Source of the DNA: an uncultured Alphaproteobacteria bacterium
GTDB lineage: Bacteria > Pseudomonadota > Alphaproteobacteria > HIMB59 > GCA-002718135
Direction: 5' to 3'
Assembly: GCA_902597015.1 (NCBI GenBank)
Contig: CACJWQ010000002.1
Coordinates: forward strand, 28,383 to 92,382
DNA length: 64,000 nucleotides
Shown here piece after piece: positions 19,579 to 28,834 of this stretch. Position numbers and translations under genes: made by a program. Within the stretch, counting starts at the first letter, position 1. The number at the start of each line of letters is the position of its first letter. The notes under the pieces were generated by a model that saw only the letters and a program-made list of their open reading frames with translations, was not told the origin of the DNA and ran no database searches.

Positions 19579-19865
19579 GTTTTTCCTTTATCAAACTTTT
19601 CTTTTTGTTCAGGAGTAATTTCTTTTTGAAATTTTGTTTTCCACTCTAAGTATGGCATACCATAGATTATTTCTCTTGCCTCATCGTATGAAATAGAAAT
19701 ATTTTTCTTCTCTGCTGCACTAACGTACCATTTTGAAAGACAGTTTCTGCAAAAACCTGACAAATTCATTAAATCAATATTTTGAACATCTGTTCTATTT
19801 TTTAGATGATGAATCAATCTTTCTGCAACATCAGCAAGTAAATCTCTATCAAAGTTTTTGGTCAT
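19575..19865 (-). CDS. DUF1244 family protein
   Basis: 96 aa. NLSGFCRNCLSKWY motif characteristic of DUF1244. Confidence 0.72.
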   Translation of the reverse strand: MTKNFDRDLLADVAERLIHHLKNRTDVQNIDLMNLSGFCRNCLSKWYVSAAEKKNISISYDEAREIIYGMPYLEWKTKFQKEITPEQKEKFDKGKT

Positions 19866-19918
19866 ATTACGTAAATAAATTATATAAATCTTTTTTTGTG
19901 ATATATATATAATAATTA

Positions 19919-21355
19919 ATGAAACGTAACAGAAAAGCTAAAATTTTAGCTACCTTAGGACCTGCATCATCAGATAAAAACATAATAGAAGATTTGTTTG
20001 TGGCTGGATGTGATGTTTTTAGATTAAATTTTTCACATGGTGATTTAGAAACTCATAGAAAAAATTATGAAACTATTAGATCTCTTGAAGAAAAGCATAA
20101 TCATGCATCATGTATATTAGCTGACTTACAAGGGCCCAAGTTAAGAGTTGGTACATTTAAAAATACAAAAGAAAATTTAGTTAAAGGTCAAAATTTTATA
20201 CTTGATCTTTCACCTGAACCGGGAGATAATAATAGGGTTAACTTTCCCCATGAAGAAATATATGATTTTTTAACACCTAATTCTATTTTATTAGTAAATG
20301 ATGGGAGGATTAGATTACAAGTTGTTGAACAAAAAAAAGATAGTTTAATAACAGAGGTTTTAAATGATGCTGAAATCTCAAATAACAAAGGTGTAAATAT
20401 ACCTGATGTAATTCTTCCTATAGATGCTCTTACCAAAAAAGACAAATCTGATCTAATGAAGGCATTAGATATGGGAGTTGATTGGGTTGCACTATCTTTC
20501 GTGCAACAAGCAGAGGATATTCTCAAACTAAAAAAAATAATTAACAATAAAGCACTCGTAATGGCAAAAATTGAAAAACCTTCAGCAGTAAAAAATATTG
20601 ATGATATTATAAATGCTGCAGATGGTATTATGATAGCCAGAGGTGATTTGGGTGTTGAAATGCCAACAGAACAAGTTCCTATAGTTCAAAAAAATATTAT
20701 TAAGAGATGTAGGCACTTTGGTAAACCAGTAGTTGTTGCTACACAAATGCTTGAAAGTATGATTGAAAATCTTGTTCCAACTAGAGCTGAAGCATCTGAT
20801 GTTGCTAATGCTATTTATGACGGAGCAGATGCTGTAATGTTATCTGGTGAATCTGCCGTTGGAGCGCATCCAATAGAAGTAGTAAGAACTATGAATAAAA
20901 TAATAGAAAATGTTGAAAATGATAAAAATAATTATGATTTACAAATTATACAAGAAAATATTGATGATGTTGATAATACAGATGCAATAACATTAGCAGC
21001 TTACTCAATTGCAAAAAAATCAGATGCAAAAGCAATAATTACATTTTCTGTAAGTGGTAGAACAACGACTAGAATGGCTAGAGAAAGAGCACCAGTTCAA
21101 ATTGTTGGTTTATCTCCAAATATTAATACAACAAGAAAAATGCAATTATATTGGGGGGTAAACTCCTGTCATACACAAGAAGATGCTCAAAATGCTCAAG
21201 ATATGGTTAATATAGCTTGTTCAATTGCTAAAAATAAAGAATTAGTAAAACCAGGAGATAACGTGGTTATTTCGGCTGGTGTTCCATTTGGAAGTGCTGG
21301 AACTACTAACCTACTTAGGTTGGCTGAGATAATTGCTGATAAAGATCTTAAGTAA
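19919..21355 (+). CDS. pyk: Pyruvate kinase
   Basis: 478 aa. KILATLGPAS, FRLNFSHG, IMIARGDLGVE and MLSGESA motifs. Confidence 0.94.
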   Translation: MKRNRKAKILATLGPASSDKNIIEDLFVAGCDVFRLNFSHGDLETHRKNYETIRSLEEKHNHASCILADLQGPKLRVGTFKNTKENLVKGQNFILDLSPEPGDNNRVNFPHEEIYDFLTPNSILLVNDGRIRLQVVEQKKDSLITEVLNDAEISNNKGVNIPDVILPIDALTKKDKSDLMKALDMGVDWVALSFVQQAEDILKLKKIINNKALVMAKIEKPSAVKNIDDIINAADGIMIARGDLGVEMPTEQVPIVQKNIIKRCRHFGKPVVVATQMLESMIENLVPTRAEASDVANAIYDGADAVMLSGESAVGAHPIEVVRTMNKIIENVENDKNNYDLQIIQENIDDVDNTDAITLAAYSIAKKSDAKAIITFSVSGRTTTRMARERAPVQIVGLSPNINTTRKMQLYWGVNSCHTQEDAQNAQDMVNIACSIAKNKELVKPGDNVVISAGVPFGSAGTTNLLRLAEIIADKDLK

Positions 21356-22550
21356 GCTTATTACAAGCTTCTTTTATTCTGTTGCAGGCATCTTCCAGAA
21401 TTGCATCACTAGTTGCATAAGATAATCTAAAATAAGGAGATAACCCAAATGCAGCACCATGAACTCCTGCTACACCTTGATCCTCTAAAAGGTATGTCAT
21501 GAAATCTTCATCATTGGAAATATCTTTTCCATTCGGTGTCTTTTTTCCAATTATACCCTCGCAATTTGGATAAACGTAAAAAGCTCCTTCTGGTTTTTGA
21601 CAAGTAATTCCATTAATAGCATTTAATTTATTCAATACTAAATCTCTGCGTTTCAAAAATTTTTTATTATGATCGTTTATAAAATCCTGAGGACCACTTA
21701 TTGCTTCAACTGCAGCAGCCATTGTAATTGAAGAAGTTGATGTTGTGCTTTGTGATTGTATTTTGTTCATAGCAGCAATAATCTCTTTTGGAGCTCCACA
21801 ATATCCAAGTCTCCATCCTGTCATGCAATATGATTTTGAAACTCCATTTAGTGTTAAACATCTGTCTTTAAGTGAAGGTTCAATAGAAGCAAGAGTATGA
21901 AATTCTACTCCATCATAAATGATTTTTTCGTATATATCATCACACATTATAAGAACATTAGGATATTTTTTTAAGATAAGTGCTAAGTCTTCTAACTCTT
22001 TTTTTGAATAAACTGAGCCAGTTGGATTACTGGGACTATTCAACATTAACCATTTTGTTTTAGAGTTTATATTTTTTTCTAATTGTTCTGGTGTAATTTT
22101 AAAATTCTGTGATTGAGGACACTCAACTATCACAGGTTTCCCTTCTGCTAATAAAACAATATCTGGATAACTAACCCAAAAAGGAGCTGTTATAATGACC
22201 TCATCTCCTGGATTAATTGTTGCCATCATAGCGTTATAAATAATGTGTTTTCCTCCGACACCACATATGATTTCATCTAATTTATAATCTATATTATTAT
22301 CTTCTCTAAATTTTTTCTGAATTGCTTTTTGTAACTCTGGTGTACCTTTACCAGGTACATATTTAGTTTTACCCTCTTCCATCGCTTTACTAGCAGCATC
22401 TCTTATATTTTTTGGTGTGTTAAAATCTGGCTCACCTGCTGCAAGAACAATTACATCTTTACCCTCGTCCTTCAAAGCTTTGGCTTTGACATTTATACCT
22501 ACGGTCATTGAAGGTTTTATTTTACTTAGTCTATCTGCAACAAAATTCAT
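21348..22550 (-). CDS. Aspartate aminotransferase (class I PLP aminotransferase)
   Basis: 400 aa. LAAGEPDF, NSPSNPTG and the SKSYCMTGWRLGY PLP-lysine motif. Confidence 0.9.
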   Translation of the reverse strand: MNFVADRLSKIKPSMTVGINVKAKALKDEGKDVIVLAAGEPDFNTPKNIRDAASKAMEEGKTKYVPGKGTPELQKAIQKKFREDNNIDYKLDEIICGVGGKHIIYNAMMATINPGDEVIITAPFWVSYPDIVLLAEGKPVIVECPQSQNFKITPEQLEKNINSKTKWLMLNSPSNPTGSVYSKKELEDLALILKKYPNVLIMCDDIYEKIIYDGVEFHTLASIEPSLKDRCLTLNGVSKSYCMTGWRLGYCGAPKEIIAAMNKIQSQSTTSTSSITMAAAVEAISGPQDFINDHNKKFLKRRDLVLNKLNAINGITCQKPEGAFYVYPNCEGIIGKKTPNGKDISNDEDFMTYLLEDQGVAGVHGAAFGLSPYFRLSYATSDAILEDACNRIKEACNKLT

Positions 22551-23360
22551 TTAAATTATAAAATGTTCAATAATTAGACTAGCACAAGTTAACAACAAAA
22601 AAAAAGCAAAAATCTTTCTTAATACTAACTTATCTATATTTGATGAAACTTTTGCACCAATTCCCGCAGTAAATATACTAGTTAGCGATATAAAAAAAAC
22701 TATTATAATATTTACATAACCAAGAGAATAAATAGGAAGTTCATTTATATTTAACCCAGTATACATAAATGTAAGTGTTCCTGGAAAAGCAATTAAAAAA
22801 CCAAAAACAGCTGAAGTACCAACTGCTTCATGAATCTTTTTCGAAAACATTGTTAAAGTTGGAACACTAAAACTTCCACCACCTATACCAATGGTTGCAG
22901 ATAAAAAACCAATAGAAGAGCTTATTAAAAAATTAACTATATTAGATGATGGTATATCGTTACTTACAACTATTGGATTTTGTTGAAACAGCATATTTAA
23001 TGAAATCAAAAATGCCAGAATTACAAAAAGAATAACTAAACTCTGTCCTGAAATAGCACTCGCTGCAAGTGAACCTATAATTGATCCTATTATTATTCCT
23101 ATTGCCCATTTTTTTACAATTATCAAATTTGTATTTTTAAGCTTAATATGGGATCTTATAGAGGAAATTGAAGTAAAACAAATTACACCAAGAGAAGATG
23201 CTACAGCAACATGCATGACAATTTCAGAGCTGTAACCAAGATTAAGTAAAATAAAGTAAGTTACAGGTACAATTATTATTCCACCTCCAACTCCTAATAA
23301 TCCTGCAATAAAACCAGATATAAGACCTGTTAATAAAAAAATAAATACTATTGAAGTCAA
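22551..23360 (-). CDS. TauE/SafE (DUF81) family anion exporter
   Basis: 269 aa polytopic membrane protein with a duplicated GVGGGII / GIGGGSF motif. Confidence 0.8.
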   Translation of the reverse strand: MTSIVFIFLLTGLISGFIAGLLGVGGGIIIVPVTYFILLNLGYSSEIVMHVAVASSLGVICFTSISSIRSHIKLKNTNLIIVKKWAIGIIIGSIIGSLAASAISGQSLVILFVILAFLISLNMLFQQNPIVVSNDIPSSNIVNFLISSSIGFLSATIGIGGGSFSVPTLTMFSKKIHEAVGTSAVFGFLIAFPGTLTFMYTGLNINELPIYSLGYVNIIIVFFISLTSIFTAGIGAKVSSNIDKLVLRKIFAFFLLLTCASLIIEHFII

Positions 23361-23425
23361 ATAAATTACCGTATTTTAAGTTTCATTAATGTAGTAAACA
23401 ATTTAATATAAAAGTAAATAAGACT

Positions 23426-24553
23426 ATGAAACATGTACATTGGATAGGAACTGGACTATCTTCTATACCAGGAATTAGAAGATTAGCTAAAAATTTAGAT
23501 AATTTTACAGTATGGAATAGAACATTAGATAAGGCTATAAAGAGTATTGACCATGTAGATAAAAACAATGTGAAAGCAAAACAGTTTGATGTTGATTTAT
23601 TATTTAACGAAACAAATCCAGGTGATATTGTTATTTCTCAACTTCCAGCAAACAAACATTTAGAAATAGCTGAACTTTGTTTAAAACATAAATGTCATTT
23701 TGCATCTACTAGTTACCTTAATCCAGAAATAAATATGCTAAATCCAGATGTAAAAAAAGAAAATTTAGTATTTATCAATGAGGTCGGTTTAGACCCAGGT
23801 ATTGATCATTTTTTTTCTCATTTACTTGTCAGTGATCTTAAAAAAATCTCGACTGAAAAAACAGAAGTGGTTTATGAATCATATTGTGGGGGTTTTCCAG
23901 CAATTCCAAATGATTTCAAATATAAATTTAGTTGGTCTCCAGCTGGAGTAATCAAAGCCTTAAACAATGATGCAAAATATATAACAAAAGGAAAAATAAA
24001 TACCGTAACTCCTTACAAATCTATTAGTTCTTATTCAATATCTGATGAAAATTTTGAAGCTTATCCAAACAGAGATTCAACACCATATGTAAGTGAATAC
24101 TTGTTTGATGAGAAATGGAAAGTCAAAGAGTTCGTAAGAGGAACTTTGCGACTTGATGGTTGGAAAGAGGCATGGCAAGATATTTTTTCAATGCTTGAAA
24201 ATAGATCGGATAATATAGAAGCTGAAATCAATGAAAAAAGTGAAGAATTATTAAAAGATAATAAATATTTACCTGAGGAAGAAGATCGCGTTGTACTTTC
24301 TGTAAAACTTAAAGCTTTTGAAAATCATAATAAAATTTATGATAGTTCTTATTTTTTAGATGAAAAAGGAAGTGGTGAAAATACTGCAATGGGCAAACTT
24401 GTATCAATTACTTTATCAGCTGCGATTGATCTAATTTTGGATAATAAAATTGAGACTGGTGTTAAAACTGCACCACATAAAACAGAAGATATAATGTATT
24501 TTTTTAAAATTTTAAAAGATTATAAAATTAATATCCAACAAGAGAATGGATAA
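23426..24553 (+). CDS. Saccharopine dehydrogenase/reductase-like protein (Sacchrp_dh family, LYS9-like half)
   Basis: 375 aa. The INEVGLDPGIDHF motif is typical of saccharopine reductases. N-terminal Rossmann-like WIGTGLSS. Confidence 0.72.
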   Translation: MKHVHWIGTGLSSIPGIRRLAKNLDNFTVWNRTLDKAIKSIDHVDKNNVKAKQFDVDLLFNETNPGDIVISQLPANKHLEIAELCLKHKCHFASTSYLNPEINMLNPDVKKENLVFINEVGLDPGIDHFFSHLLVSDLKKISTEKTEVVYESYCGGFPAIPNDFKYKFSWSPAGVIKALNNDAKYITKGKINTVTPYKSISSYSISDENFEAYPNRDSTPYVSEYLFDEKWKVKEFVRGTLRLDGWKEAWQDIFSMLENRSDNIEAEINEKSEELLKDNKYLPEEEDRVVLSVKLKAFENHNKIYDSSYFLDEKGSGENTAMGKLVSITLSAAIDLILDNKIETGVKTAPHKTEDIMYFFKILKDYKINIQQENG

Positions 24554-25775
24554 GCAATTAACCAATATTGGTATTATTAGAGAGTCTAGAAATGATGAAA
24601 ATAGAACTCCTCTAGTTCCAAAACATATTAAAAAATACAAAGAAAGCAATCCAAATATTAATTTCATTATTCAGCCATCAAATAGTAGATGTTTTTCTGA
24701 TGAAGAATATGAATTATGTGGTGCTAAAATTAATGAAAATTTAAATGAATGCTCAATCATATTCGGAGTTAAAGAAATTGATCCAAATATTTTAATTAAT
24801 AATAGGACATATCTTTTTTTTTCTCACACTTTTAAAATTAATAAACAACAAAAAAATATTGAAAAACATAAGAAAGACCTACTCTTATCAATTTTAAATA
24901 AAAAAATTACATTGATTGATTATGAAAATATCAGAGGTAAAAATGGTACAAGATGTTTAGGTTTTGGAAGATTTGCAGGTATTGTTGGTTGTTATAATAC
25001 CTTAAATTTATTGCTTAAAGTGCTTGGAAAACAATCTCTTGCTAGTGCCTATAAAATTAATGATTATAAAAGATTAATATTAAATTTAAAAAATTTATAT
25101 TTTCCTAAAACTAAAATTCTAGTTACTGGTGATGGTAGAGTTGCAAAAGGAGTAGTTGAACTTTTAAATCTAACAAACATTAAAGCAGTATCAAAAAAAG
25201 ACTTTTTGGAAAAAAAATTTGATCAACCTATTTTTTGTAATTTAGAAACTAAAGATTATGTTACAAATAATTCTTCCAACAACTTTAACCTTGAACATTT
25301 TATTGATAATCCTCAAGATTATTCTAGTTCTGCATTACAATATTTAAAAGAAACTGATATACTTATAAGTGCACATTACTGGGACCCATCTTCTCCAAAA
25401 ATATTTGAGAATGAAGACTTGAAAGTTTTACAAAATCTAAAAATTGTTGGCGATATTACTTGTGACATTAATGGCTCTGTTCCAACTACAATACGATCAA
25501 CAAAAATTGAGGAGCCAAATTATTGGATTGAACGATATACTTTAAAAGAAATAGATGAAAATAATGATGGAATTGCTGTTATGGCAGTTGATAATTTACC
25601 ATCTGAATTACCACGTGACTCAAGTACAGAATTTAGTGAAGGTATTATCAAAGAAGTTCTGCCTTTTTTATTAAAAGAAGATGATGGAAGAATATTAAAT
25701 GGGACAATAACAACAGATGGTAGTTTTTTAGAAAAGTACAATTATCTAAATGATTATATTAGAATCAATGAATAA
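24546..25775 (+). CDS. AlaDH/PNT-fold lysine-ketoglutarate reductase-like protein (LYS1/LKR-like half)
   Basis: 409 aa. N-terminal IGIIRESRNDENRTPLVP of the AlaDH/PNT family and the central VTGDGRVAKG dinucleotide motif. Overlaps the upstream gene by 8 nt. Confidence 0.68.
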   Translation: MDKQLTNIGIIRESRNDENRTPLVPKHIKKYKESNPNINFIIQPSNSRCFSDEEYELCGAKINENLNECSIIFGVKEIDPNILINNRTYLFFSHTFKINKQQKNIEKHKKDLLLSILNKKITLIDYENIRGKNGTRCLGFGRFAGIVGCYNTLNLLLKVLGKQSLASAYKINDYKRLILNLKNLYFPKTKILVTGDGRVAKGVVELLNLTNIKAVSKKDFLEKKFDQPIFCNLETKDYVTNNSSNNFNLEHFIDNPQDYSSSALQYLKETDILISAHYWDPSSPKIFENEDLKVLQNLKIVGDITCDINGSVPTTIRSTKIEEPNYWIERYTLKEIDENNDGIAVMAVDNLPSELPRDSSTEFSEGIIKEVLPFLLKEDDGRILNGTITTDGSFLEKYNYLNDYIRINE

Positions 25776-27822
25776 AGCAGAAAAAAAACATCATCTCTCT
25801 TCCGAAATCACAGCACCTTTTAAAATTGTCAGTGATTTTAATCCAAGTGGTGATCAACCTGAGGCAATTAAAAGCATTGTTAAAAGCCTGAATGAAGGAG
25901 AACAAGAACAAGTTCTTTTAGGTGTCACTGGATCAGGTAAGACCTTTACAATGGCTAAAGTAATTGAAAAAGTACAGAAACCGACTTTAATAATGGCACC
26001 AAATAAAACATTAGCAGCACAACTTTATGGAGAAATGAAAAATTTGTTTCCAAATAATGCTGTTGAATATTTTGTCAGTTATTATGATTATTACACACCA
26101 GAAGCATATGTACCAAGAACTGATACATATATTGAAAAAGAATCTTCAATAAACGAACAAATTGACCGTCTAAGACATTCAGCTACTAGATCTTTAGTGG
26201 AAAGAAGAGATACAATCATAGTAGCATCAGTTTCTTGTATTTATGGTATTGGATCAGTTGATGCTTATTCTTCAATGTCTTTTACTTTAGATAAAAATCA
26301 ATCAATAAGTAGAGAGATAATTATCAGAAAGTTGGTAGAACTTTTATACAAACGTCGTGACATGGACTTTAGAAGAGGTAGCTTTAGGGCTAAGGGAGAT
26401 ATTTTAGAAATTTTCCCTTCTCACTATGAAGATATTTCTTGGAAAATATCTATGTTTGGAGATGATATAGAGAGTATAACACAAGTGGACCCACTTACTG
26501 GAGAGAAGCTCGGAGAACTTGAACAAATAAGAATCTTTGCAAACTCTCATTATGTAACCCCAAAGCCAACAATAAAAAAAGCAATTACAATGATTAAAAA
26601 TGATCTAAAAAAACAATTAGAGATTTTTGAAAAAGAAAAAAAATACTTAGAAAGACAAAGGTTGGATGAGAGAACTACATTTGACTTAGAAATGATGGAA
26701 ACTACTGGAAGTTGTAGTGGTATTGAAAATTATTCTAGATATTTGTCAGGAAGACAGCCGGGAGAGCCTCCTCCTACACTTTATGAATATATTCCAGAAG
26801 ACTCTTTATTGTTTATAGATGAAAGCCATCAGACATGTGGTCAAATAGCAGGAATGTATAAAGGTGATTTTTCTAGAAAATCAACTTTAGCTCAATATGG
26901 TTTTAGACTACCAAGTTGTGTTGATAATAGACCTTTAAAAAGAGAAGAATGGGATGCAATGCGACCACAAACTATATTTGTAAGTGCAACGCCAGGAGAT
27001 TATGAACTTCAAAAGACAGGTGGTACCTTTGTTGAACAAGTAATTAGACCAACAGGTTTAATTGATCCACCTATTGAGATAAGACCAACTAAACATCAAA
27101 TTGATAACTTAATTGATGAATGTAAAAAGACTATAGACAAAGGTCATCGTGTTCTAATCACAACACTTACAAAAAAAATGGCCGAAGATCTTACTGAATA
27201 TATCAATGAAGAAGGATTAAAGGTAAGGTATCTTCACTCTGATATCGATACATTAGAAAGAATAGAAATTATTAGAGATCTAAGACTAGGAGTTTTTAAT
27301 GTTTTAGTAGGAATAAATCTTCTTAGAGAAGGTTTAGATATTCCTGAATGTGCTTTAATGGCTATATTAGATGCTGACAAGGAAGGTTACCTTCGTTCTA
27401 GAACTAGTTTAATTCAGACTATTGGTAGAGCTGCAAGAAATGTTGAGAGTAAAGTCTTAATGTATGCTGATAACATTACCACTAGTATGAAAGAAGCAAT
27501 CGAAGAGACAGATAGAAGACGAACAAAACAACTAGAATATAACAAAATAAATAAAATAACACCGATTAGTATTAAAAAGAATATTCAAGAAATAATTGAG
27601 AACACAGCTGAACAAGATCATGTTACAGTTGAAATTGATAATGCTAAAGAATTAGTTGGTAAGGATCTTAATAAACATATTAAAAATTTAGAGAAAAAAA
27701 TGAATGAATTTGCTTCAAAACTTGAATTTGAAGATGCAGCAAGATTACGAGATGAAATTAATAGATTAAAGGCAAAAGAAGTGGGTCTTTCTAATAAAGT
27801 TTTGCAGTTTAAAAAGAATTAA
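25750..27822 (+). CDS. uvrB: Excinuclease ABC subunit B
   Basis: 690 aa. GDQPEAI, GVTGSGKTFT, DESH, helicase motifs and a C-terminal UVR domain (FEDAARLRDEI). The start could also be the Met at 25768. Confidence 0.95.
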   Translation: MIILESMNKAEKKHHLSSEITAPFKIVSDFNPSGDQPEAIKSIVKSLNEGEQEQVLLGVTGSGKTFTMAKVIEKVQKPTLIMAPNKTLAAQLYGEMKNLFPNNAVEYFVSYYDYYTPEAYVPRTDTYIEKESSINEQIDRLRHSATRSLVERRDTIIVASVSCIYGIGSVDAYSSMSFTLDKNQSISREIIIRKLVELLYKRRDMDFRRGSFRAKGDILEIFPSHYEDISWKISMFGDDIESITQVDPLTGEKLGELEQIRIFANSHYVTPKPTIKKAITMIKNDLKKQLEIFEKEKKYLERQRLDERTTFDLEMMETTGSCSGIENYSRYLSGRQPGEPPPTLYEYIPEDSLLFIDESHQTCGQIAGMYKGDFSRKSTLAQYGFRLPSCVDNRPLKREEWDAMRPQTIFVSATPGDYELQKTGGTFVEQVIRPTGLIDPPIEIRPTKHQIDNLIDECKKTIDKGHRVLITTLTKKMAEDLTEYINEEGLKVRYLHSDIDTLERIEIIRDLRLGVFNVLVGINLLREGLDIPECALMAILDADKEGYLRSRTSLIQTIGRAARNVESKVLMYADNITTSMKEAIEETDRRRTKQLEYNKINKITPISIKKNIQEIIENTAEQDHVTVEIDNAKELVGKDLNKHIKNLEKKMNEFASKLEFEDAARLRDEINRLKAKEVGLSNKVLQFKKN

Positions 27823-28826
27823 TGGATATTGTATTTTCAGAAACTAACCAAACTGGAATCATTAAACTAAATCGTCCTAAAGCTTTAAATGCTCTCAATT
27901 TAGAAATGGCAAAAAAATTCCATGACAAATTATTAGAATGGGAAGAAAAAGATAATATCTTAAGAGTATTGTTAGTTGGGGAAGGTAAACATTTTTGTGC
28001 AGGAGGTGATGTAAAATCTCTTGTTCTTGCTGGAAAAGAAAACTCTTTAAAAAATGATTTTTTTAAAATTGAGTATAAACTTAATTATTTAATAAGCCAA
28101 TTTAGTAAAGAATTTCTCTCAGTTTGGAATGGTGTAGTGATGGGAGGCGGGGTTGGTTTATCAATCTATGGTGATCACAGATTGGCAACAGACAATTCAA
28201 AATTTGCAATGCCAGAATCTGCAATTGGCTTTTTTCCAGATGTTGGCGGAAGTTATTTTTTATCAAATCTTCCAGGTAACATTGGTAAGTATATTGGTTT
28301 AACGGGTGAGGTATTAGGGTTAAATGAATTAATTTTTTTCGGATTAGCAACTCATTACTTTAAAAGTAATAAAATAGAAGATGTTAGAGAAAAATTTATT
28401 ACAAGAGGAGAAATTTCACACGATAATTTTGAAGTTAAGAATGATACATATCTAATTAAAAATATGAATTTAATAAATGAACTATTCAATGGAAATATTC
28501 AAACAATCATATCAAATTTAAAAAATCATAACTCAGAGTTTTCAAAAAAAATTTTAGATATTCTTCTAGTTAAATGTCCAATGAGTCTTGCGATAAGCAC
28601 TAAACTTATAGATGATGCAAAAGGTAAACCGTTAAAAGAATGTTTAGAAACTGAATATCAATTAAGTCAAAAAATAGTATACCGTAGTGACTTTGATAAT
28701 GGTGTAAATTCTGTACTAATTTCAAAAGATCATAATCCTATTTGGGAACCATCAAAAATAGATGAAATAAATATAGAAGATCTAGATTTTTATTTTGAAA
28801 CTCATACTGAAAATCTTTATCTATAA
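27822..28826 (+). CDS. 3-hydroxyisobutyryl-CoA hydrolase / enoyl-CoA hydratase family (ECH_2)
   Basis: 334 aa. FCAGGDV, VMGGGVGLS and MPESAIGFFPDVGGSYFL motifs. The start overlaps the uvrB stop (TAATG). Confidence 0.83.
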   Translation: MDIVFSETNQTGIIKLNRPKALNALNLEMAKKFHDKLLEWEEKDNILRVLLVGEGKHFCAGGDVKSLVLAGKENSLKNDFFKIEYKLNYLISQFSKEFLSVWNGVVMGGGVGLSIYGDHRLATDNSKFAMPESAIGFFPDVGGSYFLSNLPGNIGKYIGLTGEVLGLNELIFFGLATHYFKSNKIEDVREKFITRGEISHDNFEVKNDTYLIKNMNLINELFNGNIQTIISNLKNHNSEFSKKILDILLVKCPMSLAISTKLIDDAKGKPLKECLETEYQLSQKIVYRSDFDNGVNSVLISKDHNPIWEPSKIDEINIEDLDFYFETHTENLYL

Positions 28827-28834
28827 TATTACAA

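Noticed and set aside
23386-23568. 60-aa minus-strand ORF across the divergent spacer and the saccharopine dehydrogenase start
   Set aside because: It overlaps a well-supported plus-strand gene start and has no recognisable features, so it is likely spurious.
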